Shown piece by piece: positions 1 to 12,599 of a stretch of 64,000 bases of DNA; position 1 is the first letter of the stretch; the number at the start of each line of letters is the position of its first letter. Below the pieces are notes generated by a model. The model was not told the origin of the DNA. It ran no database searches and worked only from the letters and a program-made list of their open reading frames with translations. Source of the DNA: the human T2T-CHM13v2.0 reference genome, Homo sapiens; assembly GCF_009914755.1 (NCBI RefSeq), contig NC_060940.1; one strand, 5' to 3'. Position numbers and translations under genes: made by a program.

Positions 1-333
1 GGTCTGACCAGCACAGGGCAAAGTGAGATTCCAGCCACCTCTGTCCTGATGCGGTGCCCCTGCAAACCAGCTGGAGCTCAGCCAGAAGGGTCCTGAGCCT
101 CAGGCCATAGCTCTTCAATGAGTCCTCTCTCCCCGCTAATGCTGCCTAATTCCCACCTCCCCACAGCTTGGGCCAAGAAGTTCATGCAGTCCAGCCCAAA
201 TCTCAGAGAATGGTTACCAACACCCATTGGTGTCATTTTCCATGTTGGGGAAATTGTGAAGCACACAACTAGGGAGCACACAAAAGAGTTTATGGGACCC
301 CTTCCTTAGAGTGGGCTTCTCTCCTGAGGTGAC

Positions 334-692
334 TGATACAGTTTGGCTGTGTCCCCACCCAAATCTCATCTTGAATTTTAGCTCCCATAATCTCCACCTG
401 TCGTGGGAGGGACCTGGTGGGAGGTAACTGAATCATGGGGGTGGATTTTCCTGTGCTGTTCTTGTGATAGTAAGTCTCATGAGATCTGATGGTTTTACAA
501 AGGACAATTCCTCTGCACACACTGTCTTGCCTGCCACCATGTAAGACGTGCCTTTACTCCTCCTTCACCTTCCACCATGATTGTGAGGCCTCCCCAGTCA
601 CATGGAACTGTGAGTCCATTAAACCTCTTTTTCTTTATAAATTACCCACTCTCAGGTATTTCCTCATAGCAGTATGAAAATGGACTAATACA
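334..692 (+). mobile_element. THE1-family (MaLR) solo LTR
   Basis: TGATA..GGCTGTGTCCCCACCCAAATCTCATCTTGAA start, GGACTAATACA end, 5-bp TSD GTGAC both sides. Confidence 0.9.
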
Positions 693-715
693 GTGACCCA
701 AGCAAATCCTGGTAC

Positions 716-871
716 CTTTTGGCATTGGTGTCAGATGAGTCATATGTCGACAATGGGGGCAGGGTGTCTACGGTCAGCCTTTGCCGGTAGCCTTTCACCA
801 TCACCGGCGTGAGCCAGGAAAATGTGGCGAAGGAGAGTAGCCCGGCATCATCCACCGGGTTGGGTGCTAAC
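716..871 (-). CDS. ABCC12: ABCC12 second coding exon, lasso/L0 motif LAPNPVDDAGLLSFATFSWLTPVMVKGYRQRLTVDTLPPLSTYDSSDTNAKR
   Basis: ctgcag| acceptor, AG|gtacca donor; 156 nt; NP.D.AG..S..TFSWL.P motif; gene continues beyond window start. Confidence 0.96.
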
Positions 872-1169
872 CTGCAGACAAACAAGACACTCAGCGTTCC
901 AGGCACTGGGGTCATTGCCCCAACTCTCTCTCTGGATTGAACTTGTAACTACAGCAACAACCACAGCTGCACTCAGAATCTGTGACTTGCATTCATTATG
1001 TTTATTAGCCCTTTGAGCAGTGATGTGCTGGGGCCAGCTGGTGAGAGCCAATTGTTAAATTTTCAGGAATTTTGCAAGTTAGTTGTTAAACACAGTCAAT
1101 ATTCAAAATTAAATTACCTAAGTTTTAATAAATTGTCTTAAAGACAAAGGTAATAATACTCAAAACCCA

Positions 1170-1295
1170 TCACTTCCTTTTTTTGTTCTTCTTCCTTCAT
1201 TTCTTCTTCCCCTCCTCTTCCTTCTTTTTTCCCCTCCCATTCCTCCTTCTCTTCCTTTTTTTCCTCCTTCTCCTCTTCTTCCTCCTCCTCCTGCC
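1170..1295. repeat. Pyrimidine-rich (TTC/TCC)n low-complexity tract
   Basis: Direct inspection; source of the poly-Glu ORF. Confidence 0.85.
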
Positions 1296-2244
1296 CAGAA
1301 TTGCAGGGCATTAATACCCCCAGGGGCAAAACTTCACTAAGGTAGTATAGAAGTCCACCTCACATCCTCTGGGTGGAAAACTGGACACTTTCTAGAAGGA
1401 CCTAGTAGGATCCAGGCCCCTCTGCTCACAGCAGTGACGCTGAGGCCACACCTCACTTTGCCTTTTCCTCCTTCCCTACATCACTCTCCCTAAATCTTTC
1501 TTCTTGCTGCTTGGAATCACTTCTCAAATAAGCTATTTGCCTCCAGGTTCTTGACTGAGGCCCTGCTTTTGGGAGAATTCAAGCTAAAATCATGTGAATA
1601 AGGTACTACGAGCTCAGCACATAGTAAAAATTCCCTAAAAGGTGACTTTCATGATACAGTCATGCATTACTTCATATATTCCTCACAACAACTCAGTAAG
1701 ATGGGTGGCAGGGTCATATTATATGCCTATTTCATAGACAAAAACATCAAGGCACAGAGAGTTTAGAGTATTTGCCCAAGGTCTTACTGCTGGAAAGTGG
1801 TGAGATGGGAATTCAAACCCACTGCTTGTTGACTCCAGTGTCCTGTCATTCCCTTCAGCACCTCCCCACATTGCCTCTCCACAAAGCGATTATAAACTGG
1901 TTGAAAAAGTGGACAGTTAGAGATCTCCTGGGGCTAGGAATAATAGCCCACGTCCTCACCTTCCAACCTCCACCTCTCACCTTGGAGGGCTTAAATGTGT
2001 GTGTCCTTGGCCCAGACAGAGATGCTGGGAGAAGATAACGCAGTGTCCGCTTATTATAGAGTTGCCACTTGGCCTTCTGCTGCTCAGAGAACAAACCACA
2101 GGGCCTCGTTCCATGTAGAAAAGGCAGCATTTCATAATGTTATGGTTAGCATAATGCTAATAATATATATAATAATACAATATGCTGCAAGGTTGAGCAT
2201 GTGAGCTCAGAAATCAGACTACCTGAGTTTCTATCCTGGATTTC

Positions 2245-2750
2245 AAAAATGACCCCGTTTTCTCTCCCCATCTGTTCCCAATTCCTTGGAATGTGACCTG
2301 GCAGCTCATTCCATCAAAAAGTCGAGTCTGTTTCCTCACACTTTGAATATAAGCTGGCTTGTGATCTGCTTTGGCCAATAGAATACAGTGAAAAAAGTGG
2401 TGTGCCAGTTGCAAACCTGAATCTCAAGAAGCCCTGCATGCTGTCACTCATTCCCTTGGAAGCCTGCCACATTACTGTGTGACCGAGCCTGGGCTAGCCT
2501 GCTGGAGGTTGAGCACACGCGGGGTCCAGTTGCCCCATTGCCCCAGCCAACAGCCGGCCCACCTCCAGCAGCACAGCCACCTTGCTGTACAGGAGTAAGC
2601 CTGGTCAAGACCAAATGAACCACCCAGCTGAGCTCAGCCCAAGTTGCTTTATTTTATGGGTCACCCATCAAACTGTAAGCTAAATGAGTGGCAATTGTTT
2701 TAAGCTGCTAAGTGTTGAGACAGTCTGTTACAAAGCAAAAGCTACCTGGT
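2245..2750 (+). mobile_element. MLT1-type MaLR LTR remnant
   Basis: aaaaatgacccc...tgctttggccaatagaat...tgttttaagctgctaagt...gcaaaagcta motifs typical of MLT1. Confidence 0.65.
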
Positions 2751-3111
2751 AAACCTTAGGCAAGTCACTTAACCTCTCTGTGCCTGTTTCCTCACCTATC
2801 AGATAAAGATAGTAACAGTACCTCCAGGGAGTTTGTGAGGAGTGAATGAGAAGATATTTGTAAAGCACTTGGACAGGTCTGGATCATGGAAAGCTCTCCT
2901 TAAACCTGAGCTACTGCCTCCTTTTCACCAAAGGACAGGAGGAGGCAAGGAAGTGAGTGACTGATAAATGAATGAACGTGTGCATGGGTGGACGGACAAA
3001 AGGACGAGCAGATAGAGCAGCAGATGGGTTGCAGGAGCAGTGCCCACTCTCCTGATGGACATTCCTGGAGGTCCTGCCCTGGCCCTCCCTTCTGTCCTTC
3101 TTCTGACTTAC

Positions 3112-3230
3112 CTTGCACAGGGTCGCACTGGGATCATGGTCTTCAGGCTGGGGTCATATCTTTCTGCAAAGGATCTCCGCCGGCCTCGCTGGTCCAGATC
3201 TGAGATAAGGTAGGGTCCTTCACCCACCAT
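3112..3230 (-). CDS. ABCC12: ABCC12 (MRP9) first coding exon, MVGEGPYLISDLDQRGRRRSFAERYDPSLKTMIPVRPCAR
   Basis: AGGATGG strong Kozak at 3230; AG|gtaagt donor; upstream acceptor tctctgccatag| gives 50 nt of 5'UTR (exon start 3280); matches the ABCC12 N-terminus. Confidence 0.94.
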
Positions 3231-3649
3231 CCTGATGGCAGCCTGGAGCCCTGGGCTTTTGGCCTGGGGACACTTTCACTCTATGGCAGAGAAATGGCAA
3301 AGGTTATTGAGAGGTGAGGATGTCTGATTGGGATCAGGCAGCCTCTACTTTACCCAGATCAGTTCCTTTGCTTTGACCCCTGAGAACTGTTTTCACCAAT
3401 GAGCTTTCCACATTTGTAGGGGAGTGTGGCCAGAAGACCTGCTACGTCCCTTAATGCTACGCTGAGGCTTTCTTATTAGTAGGACCATTTAATTCCTCTT
3501 TTCTCATGTTGGGTTGGCCAAGAGCAGAAAACCCTATGGTGTGGTTTTGGTTGGGAGCCGGTCCAATGACCAAGGCTGAGTCCCAGCCCAGGGAAAGAGC
3601 CCCAAGAAAATGGGTTTTCTTAGTATTACTCAGAGTTAAGTTTGGCTGA

Positions 3650-3795
3650 CACACACACACATGCACATGCACACATGCACACACATGCACACACACATCC
3701 ACACAGATGCACACATGCACACACATCCACAAACATGCACACACACCGCCATGCGCATACACCCACACACACCCACGCACACACATGCACACACC
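3650..3795. repeat. Imperfect (CA)n/(CACATG)n microsatellite
   Basis: Direct inspection. Confidence 0.9.
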
Positions 3796-4744
3796 CCTTC
3801 TTCTTTCAGATTCTCTCAGATCCCCAGGAGTTTTTGCATCCACATCCCCTCCATCCTGATACCCACTGGTCAGAGAACTTCAACAACACCACCCCTCAGG
3901 ACCAGCCACATCTGGACAGGCCCACATTCCCCACACTTCTGTGACTGCTGCCCCAAATGAAAACCAACAACCCAGGTGGAGAGGACACTTTTTGCAATGT
4001 CTGTTCAGTCCCCAAGCCAGCCACCCCATCCTCCAGCCACCTAAATCCAATCCATAGAGCATGATCCCTGAAGGTTTCCCATGCCTAGTCTTAGTCCTTT
4101 CCTGAGGCCTCCCTCTATTCCTGCCCTAGGGTCCCATGACAGCCACTTCCCCATACCCTATAGATAAATTCTCCTTTTTTACCTAAGGTATGTTGAGTTG
4201 GTCTCTGCCACTTGCAAACAAAGGCCTTATTATTATATATAAACGGGGTCACATTCCCATGAGTTCTTTCTGGAAGTTTTCATAGCTAGAAGCAGTAGAT
4301 AAACCAACTCCCATCAAGTTGTTAGTGGCTGATAAAACCATGGCATGGCAGAGCTGGAAGTGTCCTCAGATGCAATCTTTTACACATTTCTCATTATACA
4401 GAAGAGGAAACAAAGGCCCAGAGAGAGGAAGGACTTACTCAAGAGTATATAGAGAATGAGTAGCATCTATCTCATCTGGGGCACTCTGGATACAGGAAAC
4501 TGATGTTCCCTCCCTCCTCCAATAACCCTACAATAACCCTTGCTTATATTATATAACAAGAGGCACTCCTCTGGAATAATATACGTACTTTTTACAACAG
4601 AATTTGAAAATCATAATGTCTTCATCTCAAAAAGATAAATCCCCCAACGTGGAAACTGAAGACTCGTAGTCAGATGGAGAAGCCCACATGTTTTAGAGCT
4701 AGTAGTTGATGAAAAGCTCTTTAATCATTGTTAATGAATTTAAA

Positions 4745-5394
<650 letters not shown>

Positions 5395-5879
5395 TAATTC
5401 AATGAGAGTATTAGCAGCTACCAGAGACTCCCTAAACCTCTGGCCAAACTGCATACTCTACTCTCCACCTTCTATTTGTACCATTGAATACTGCACTCCA
5501 GCCATGTGGAATATCTTACTACTCCCTGGACAAACTGTTTATTCCTCCTGCTTTTTAGTTTTTGTATTTACTACTGGCACAACCTGGAACCATCTAGTAT
5601 CCCTTTCTTCACTTGACCAATTTCTGCTCAGCCTTCAAGGCTCAGTTCAAACATTTCCTTTTCTAAGAAAACTTTCCTACATACTTTTTTATTTCCCCAA
5701 ACAAACTGTGGGCTTCTTGTTTGTCTTGTTTGCAGCTATATTTCCAATACCTAGCATAGTCCCTGGTACATCGGAAATGTTTAATACGTATTTGTTGAAT
5801 GAATGAATAATAGTAAGTATGAGAAACAACTAAGATGCAAATCCTTTCCCCAGAAAGTGAAAAATAAGCACACAATAAC

Positions 5880-7360
5880 ACACAGTAAAATATAAATTAT
5901 TTTGAAATTAAGTATGGGATGATATAAAAATAACAAATAAAGTATAAATTATAACATTGTGTTAGCCCTAGAAAAAATACTTTTTAAAAAGGGTTAAAGC
6001 TAAGAAGTCAGTCAAGGAAATAAAATGAAACACTAAATAGTAGATTAACCAAAAAAAAAAAAAAAAAAAGGTAGGCAAGGAGGGACAGAAGAATAAAACA
6101 CAAAAGGAATAAATAGAAGACAAATATTAATAGCAAGCCAATAGACTTAAACACAACCATATCAACAATTACATTAAATATAAATGGAGTAAATATTTCA
6201 ATTAAAAAACAAAGATTGTCAGACTGAATATAAAAAGAAGATCCAATGATATGCTTCCTATGACAAGTTTATTTTAAATATAAACACACAAATAAGCTAA
6301 AAGTAGCAGGGTGAAAAAGGAATACCATGTTAACAGTACAAAGTACATACAGAGATATGTATTTATGATCTTATGATAGGGAATAATTTCTTAAAGCAAT
6401 TTTCTTTAAAAAGTCCTAAAGCAAAATCTTGATAAATTCTAGTACACTGAAATTACAGAAGACATAATTTGTAAGAGAAGCAACATACTGGCACAGATGT
6501 GACCCATTTAACTGTAAAGAATTAGTATGCAGAATTTATAAAGAATTCTCAATACATTAATAACAGAAGGACAAACAATTAATTAGAGGAGCCAGCAAAA
6601 GGCAATTGACAGATGATCCAAATACACACAAAAATATGCTCAATCTCTGAGTATCAGGAAAATATGAATTACAACCACAATCACAATAACAGCCATTTCT
6701 CATTCTTCAAATAGACATTATTTAAAAGTCTAAAAATTGCAAGTCTTGGCATATGTATGGAGCACTGCAGCTCTTAAGCACCCCTGGTGGGAATATAAAT
6801 TGTATAACTAATTTTTAAAGCAATTTGGCATTATCTGGTCAAGTTAAAGATTCTTACTAACATAGGCAGCAATTATCCTTCTTAATTATATATATGCCCT
6901 GGAGAAAGCCTGCCTGTTCAAGCAGTCAGATACAGAGTGGCCACTAATTTTGCAGGCTGTCTTCCACTCTCCTGCGAATTTCCTCCCTGCCCCTGCTAGC
7001 CTCTCTTCTCTCATACTGGTGTCAACACTGAAGTTCAATCTAGGAAAACACAAGGAAACAATCCACAGAGGATGGAATCTCATGCAAAAAATATTTTTGT
7101 GGCCCCTCTACAGGAATATTTATAGTGGCTCTGTTTATAATATCTTAAACATACATGAATAGGAAAATGGATGAACAAATTGTATAATATGAGTTTGGCA
7201 TATTACTATTCAACAGTAAAACTGAATCAACTAAGTCCACATATCAAACTATGTGTATAGCTCATATGATAAATTGAGAGGAGGGGAAAAAGCTGCAGAA
7301 AAATACACACACTTTGATACCATTTATATAAAGTTTGCAAACTTGCAAAATATACAATAC
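5880..7360 (+). mobile_element. Old L1M fragments (ORF2 5' remnant and 3' region)
   Basis: A-rich; atcaacaattacattaaatataaatgga...aaagattgtcagactg endonuclease-region remnant; ggtgggaatataaattgtataac motif. Confidence 0.7.
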
Positions 7361-7429
7361 ACAAATTCATGTGCTTGCAATATATAATAATATATTTTAT
7401 TTAATAATGACTATATTTGTAGTAAGATT

Positions 7430-8480
7430 TCATTTCTCCAAGTACTTGAATCTCCTTATATTGGAGAATCGTATTAGAACTAAGATCTGGGCACTAGGTA
7501 AATTCTTTGTTATTAGGATGTTGTTGCTTCTAGGCCCTCTCAGCTGACAAAGCAAGGAAATATATGTATGCATATTAACTAGTGCATAAACACATATCTA
7601 TAAATATTTCTATATGTAACCGTCCATATCTATTTTAAGCTAACAGTGAGTTCATACTGACTCTCCAACTTGAATCCATTACCATAATTATCACAATTCT
7701 AGCCTCCTCCCCTTGCTTATTTGTAAGCTCCAATTCTAAAACTGAGAAGCCTGGCTCTCACCATCTACCATGTGTTTACTTAACTGTGTACATGTATAGC
7801 AGTATCAGAATTGTCAACCCATAGCCCTGTGAGAAACAACTTAATCAACTAGAATCCAATGCTTCCAAGAGTATAGTACCATATGGAAAAGGAAAAAAAA
7901 ATAGCAACTTTGCAGTGGAGAAGCCTGGCACACATCACCTCAGCCAGGTAATCAAGGTCAACATCAGCAGTGATAAGTCCTGTTGATAACGTGTACCCTT
8001 AATATGATGGGGCAAAAAGGGCACTTTACCTCTGAGGTCCTCCGCCCAAAACCTCATAACGCCGGTCTAATCATGAGAAAAACATCAGACGAATCCCAAT
8101 TGAGGGACAGTCTACAAAATACCTGACTGGTACTCCTCAAAACTGTCAAGGTCATCAAAGACAAGGAGAGCCTGAGACAGTGACACAGCCAAGGGGCACC
8201 TAAGGAGACCTGACAACTACCTGTGAAGAGGCATCTTGGATGAGATCCTGGAACCAAAAAAGGATGTTAGATAAAAACAAAGGAAATCTAGTAAAGTATA
8301 AATATTAGTTAACAATGTAGCAATATTGTGCATTAATTACAACACATATACCATACTAACATGAGATGTTATTAATGTTATTAGCAAGGGTAGCTGGATA
8401 TGGGGTACTGGAGAACTCTGTACTATCTTTGCAATTTTTTTTGTAAACCAAAACCATTCTTAAAAAATAAAGTTTATTTT
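7430..8480 (+). mobile_element. L1MC/L1MD-type 3' end with inverted upstream segment (7430-7860 minus, 7862-8480 plus)
   Basis: Resembles L1MC/MD 3'UTR consensus ending ...aaaaataaagtttattt. Confidence 0.7.
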
Positions 8481-10421
8481 TACAGAATGAATGGGAACAC
8501 TCTACACCAAATTCAAGATGATGGTTACCTCTAGGGGTGGGGAAATAAGATCTGGAAGTTACTCAGGTTTCCTCCCACATTGCTGTAATATCTGATCATA
8601 AGTTTAAGAATCTAAAGCCGAAAGCAGGCTGTCTGTGCTCAGTGTCACTGAGTAATGCAGACCTGTGCTACAGAAGTTCTGAGAAAGTAGAGGTCAATAC
8701 GGTCTGGGAGGAGGACGGGGTTAGGGAGGACTTTTGTGGGAGGTGAGACTAGAAGGATTTGAGAAAAAGCCCAAACAGAGATTTTTGCCTGAGCCTTGGT
8801 TTGTGTGGTGTGCCCGTGTCATGGGGCTCTATGCACCAGACTTAGGTAAGAGTCGAGACAAGGCTTGGCATGACCGTGAAAGACTTCAGATTCAAAACCT
8901 TCCTTGGATCCTTTTCCACAAGACTTCCATTTGTTTGTTTACCAGAAAGCCCTTCAGAATTTTCTGTACCCAAGGCACCCTCCACTCAGAACAGCCTCCT
9001 GCTGACCTCTCTGCATTTACTTCAGGAGACAGAGGGAGGCTATCCACTGCAGAGATGCTGGGGCTGAAAAGTTTAAAAATTGGCCTCTCATTCTTGCATA
9101 GGTCCTTGGCTCCCTGCATGAACAGAACCCAGCCCTGGTCTGGATCGGAAGCAAGAAAAGAAGCCTGAACCCAAGTACGGCCTTTGGGCACGGTCTTTCT
9201 ACCACATGTCCACCCGCTCTGCAACTGCCGGGCACAGCGGACAGTCAAGCTGTGGTCCATGATCAACAACCTACGACCTCCCAGTGGCCGCTGGGCCACT
9301 GCCCTGCCCTTGGTAACCTGAGCAAAGCAGAGGTAGGAAAGCAGGTTAGCTGATGAAGAAGAAAGAGCTCACGGCAAGTTCTGAAACCCAGCTGAAATTA
9401 TTTGGGGGAGAATCATAGAATCCAAGACATGGCAAACCAGCCTCTCAGGGAGAATTTCCCTCTGGCCCACCAGATCGGGCCTCAACATGCTTTGGTGACA
9501 GACCCCAGTCACTTCTTCTCAAGACGGCCCGCATGCAGTATTCCTGCAGGAAATGCATACCCTGCGTCTAGTCTTGAGAAAATACCAGATGAACCCAAAG
9601 GAGCTTTCTACAGAACAAGTGGCCTGTGCTCTTCAAAAACGTCAATTGCACGAAAGACAAAGAAAAGTGAGGAAACATCCCAGATTAAAGGATACAGAAG
9701 AGATGTGACAGCTAAAAGCAACACACAAGCCTGGATTGGATGCTTGACCAGAAGAAAATTAATTTGCTATAAAGAACATTATTGGCCCAAGTCAAAGGTC
9801 AAACTGTGCACTTGACTCTCAAGTCACCCGCCTGACCCTCTTCCAAGTGTACTTTACTTTCTTTCATCCCTGCTCTAAAACTTTTTAATAAATTTTCACT
9901 CCTGCTCTAAAAAAATAAAAATAAGTAAATGAAATGTGTAAAAGAACAGTATTGGAACATTGGAGAAATCTAAATATGGACTATAGATTCTGCAATAATA
10001 TTTTATCAAAGATAAATTTCCTGATTTTGATATTAATGCTAAAGTAAATGTGGCAAAAATGTCACTGCAAATCTCAGTGAAGGGTAGTTGGGATCTCTTA
10101 GCATTATTTCTGTTACTTTTCTGTAAGTTTGAAATCATTACAAAATAAAAAGTTAAGCATTTTCTAAAGAAATAGCCCTAAAGGGGATGATTTTTTTTTC
10201 CTTCTGTGGAACTAAATGCAATTTTTCTGCACACTTCTCAGCTCTCAGGAGCCATGCATCCTCCACTGATGTCCTCTTCATGTGCCCTGTGATATTTGAG
10301 GACCATTGTCATTTCCGACAACTCACTCCCAGCCACCCAGTGGCTAGTCCTCTCTCATCCAGGCTAATCTTTCCCAGCCCCTTTGAGAAGGTGGAACTCA
10401 TTGTCAGTGGAGAACCCTTAC

Positions 10422-10690
10422 CTATAACTTCTATTTTTTGGTTCCCTTTTCTAATGGTAAGGGACCCTGGCAGCAAGATGTCATCAGCTTGTCTTAAGGG
10501 CTCCTGAGTCCCAGATGCCAAACACTGGAGGCCAGGCCTCCCTGGCCAGGTTTGAGTAATCAGCGCGCATAGGAAATTGGTGCTAGAAGGTAATTTCCTT
10601 GAGTGCTCCCCAGGGCATGTGAAGTTTTGATGATCTGAGGCGGCTTGGAAGCATTGCAGCTGGAATGGCACTTTGCTAAATTTGGCAGCC
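10422..10690 (-). other. ABCC12: Candidate non-coding 5'UTR exon of ABCC12
   Basis: Good acceptor (pyrimidine tract tctcatttttcccccc then ag|) and donor TAG|gtaagg in unique sequence upstream of the coding exon, which itself begins with an acceptor; no transcript evidence available here. Confidence 0.4.
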
Positions 10691-12599
10691 CTGGGGGGAA
10701 AAATGAGACTTTTTTTAAAATCAGGAAGCCTGCTTTGGCTAACGTCTCTATCCCCGTCTGTCACGCCATCCTCTGCCAGGAGTGAGGAGCTGCCTGGGGT
10801 GAGAAATCTGTTTGCTGGCAATCACAGGATGGGGTCTGAGGGGTACACAGCTGATGAGAGCTGGGAGGAGGCAGTGCCAACCGGGCCAGGGTCCCTGCAG
10901 CCATCATGGCTCTGTTCTTGGCATTGTGTTTTCCATGCAGAGCATCTGAGGGTTGGCAGGAGATGCCAAAAAGTCACTGGTGCACCCCTCTGCTAGCAGG
11001 CAGGGGGTTCCTAACCTAACCTCAACAGACTGGACAGGCAGAAGCAGGAAGGCCTCTGTTTAGAGCACAGGACACAAAGACCATGTACAACTTGCAGTTC
11101 CATTTTATATGGCCTGCATAGTTTAAACATTTTTTTCCAATTTGTGGAAAACATTTAAAAATGAGGAGATACCACATTAAAAAAAAAATAAGACTGGCTT
11201 CTGGCTTTCGTCAAATATCAAGAGCTCTGTATGTTCATGTGGTGACAATCCACTTACGTTGAGCACGGCAGCCCCTCCTGGGCAGGGTATACATGCTTTA
11301 GTTTGCCACAATCCCCACCACTCCTTACTGTCTCTGTGACTCTGAGATTTGGGGTCATGTAACATTTATTATTGCATTGGCACTGCTGTCTTCCTTATAG
11401 TGTTTCCTGAGGCCTTTTTCTCTATCCTTGTCTCTGCCCCAAGAGAGAACAAAAGATGTCTAGAAGTCATCTCAAGAAGAACCATTTTCCACACCTGCCC
11501 ACTTTGCTCTGTTATATTTCATTTCTGCCCCTGTCTAGCCCAGAAAATTAACAACTTTATGTTTGAGAACTGGACTCTGGGTCTTCCTTGGTGCTCATGA
11601 TGGGAGTTCCTCCATCAACCAAAAGCAGGCACACCTTTAGTCATAAAATTTTTCCCAGGTATGAGACTACAGCCCTACTTCTTTCTTAATAAATCCATTG
11701 TTAATTTAAAGCCACCAAAGTTATCAATATCTGATGGTCTCCCCCAACTCCCACAGCCCCTTCCTCCAGGGCCTGACTGGCCTCCAGCACAGAGGAGACA
11801 CTGGGGAGCTCTCCCAGGCCCTGCCTGCACCGCACCTCTCCTGTCTGTCCCCAGGTCCCAGGCACCTGTGGCAGCCAGATCAGAAAGCCCTGTGAGTGAT
11901 GAGGGACTGGGGTTGGGAGGCAGGGAGAGGCAGAGAGGTGGCAGAGGGAAGTGCATGCAGGGGACAGCACCAAGCTGGGGGTGTGGGAAGGGAAGTGGGG
12001 GTGCTTTTGCTCAAGTACCCTCATCTCCCAGAAGGCCTAAAACAGTGGCCAGTGATGGCATCTCCAAAAGAGGTCATCCATCCAGTTACAGACACATTCC
12101 GACACGATCAAAGAAGGATGCAGAGCCTGGATTCAGAGCAATTCAAATCTACCCTCCCAGGAAAATAATATATTTAAAAGTTAAAAAAAAAAAAAAAAGA
12201 AAGAAAGATGAAAACCTCATATGAGAACTGCAGTAAAGCTTTCCAGGTCTTTTTTTTTGGGGGGGAGGTATAAATCCCATAATTAAATTGTGAACACTAC
12301 CCTGTATATGTGTTTGTGTTTGTGCATGTGTGGGAAAAGACTTAAAATATTCAATGTAGGCTTTTGTATTTCAGAGATTTTGAAATCGCGTCTTGGCATT
12401 TCTGCCTTTTCTTTTATGATAGCGGGGGCTCCAAAAGTGGAAGAGGGGCTGCCTTTCTTCTGGGAGCCTCGTCCCTGCTGCCTCCCACTTGGGCAGCCCC
12501 ATTCAGTGGTGTCACCTCCCCCAAACCCCCCACCACACACACACACAGCCTGTCCTGAGGATGAGAAACAAAGGCCCTTGGGACTAAATGGTGGCCACT

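Noticed and set aside
586-602. PRDM9 hotspot motif in the THE1 LTR
   Set aside because: cctccccagtcac does not fit CCNCCNTNNCCNC
1138-1329. Poly-Glu/Lys ORF
   Set aside because: Translation of a low-complexity purine tract in an intron
3457-3960. His/Thr- and Cys/Val-rich ORFs
   Set aside because: Artefacts of the (CA)n-type microsatellite; same for ORFs at 25134-25531 and 38777-39277
6914-7039. Cryptic ABCC12 exon with strong acceptor tgtttccttgtgttttcctag
   Set aside because: Only a poor GC donor (CAG|gcaggc) follows; no further support
11661-12224. 187-aa plus-strand ORF (longest in the track)
   Set aside because: No recognisable domain, GC-rich low-stop region, overlapping ORFs in other frames, ends in an A run
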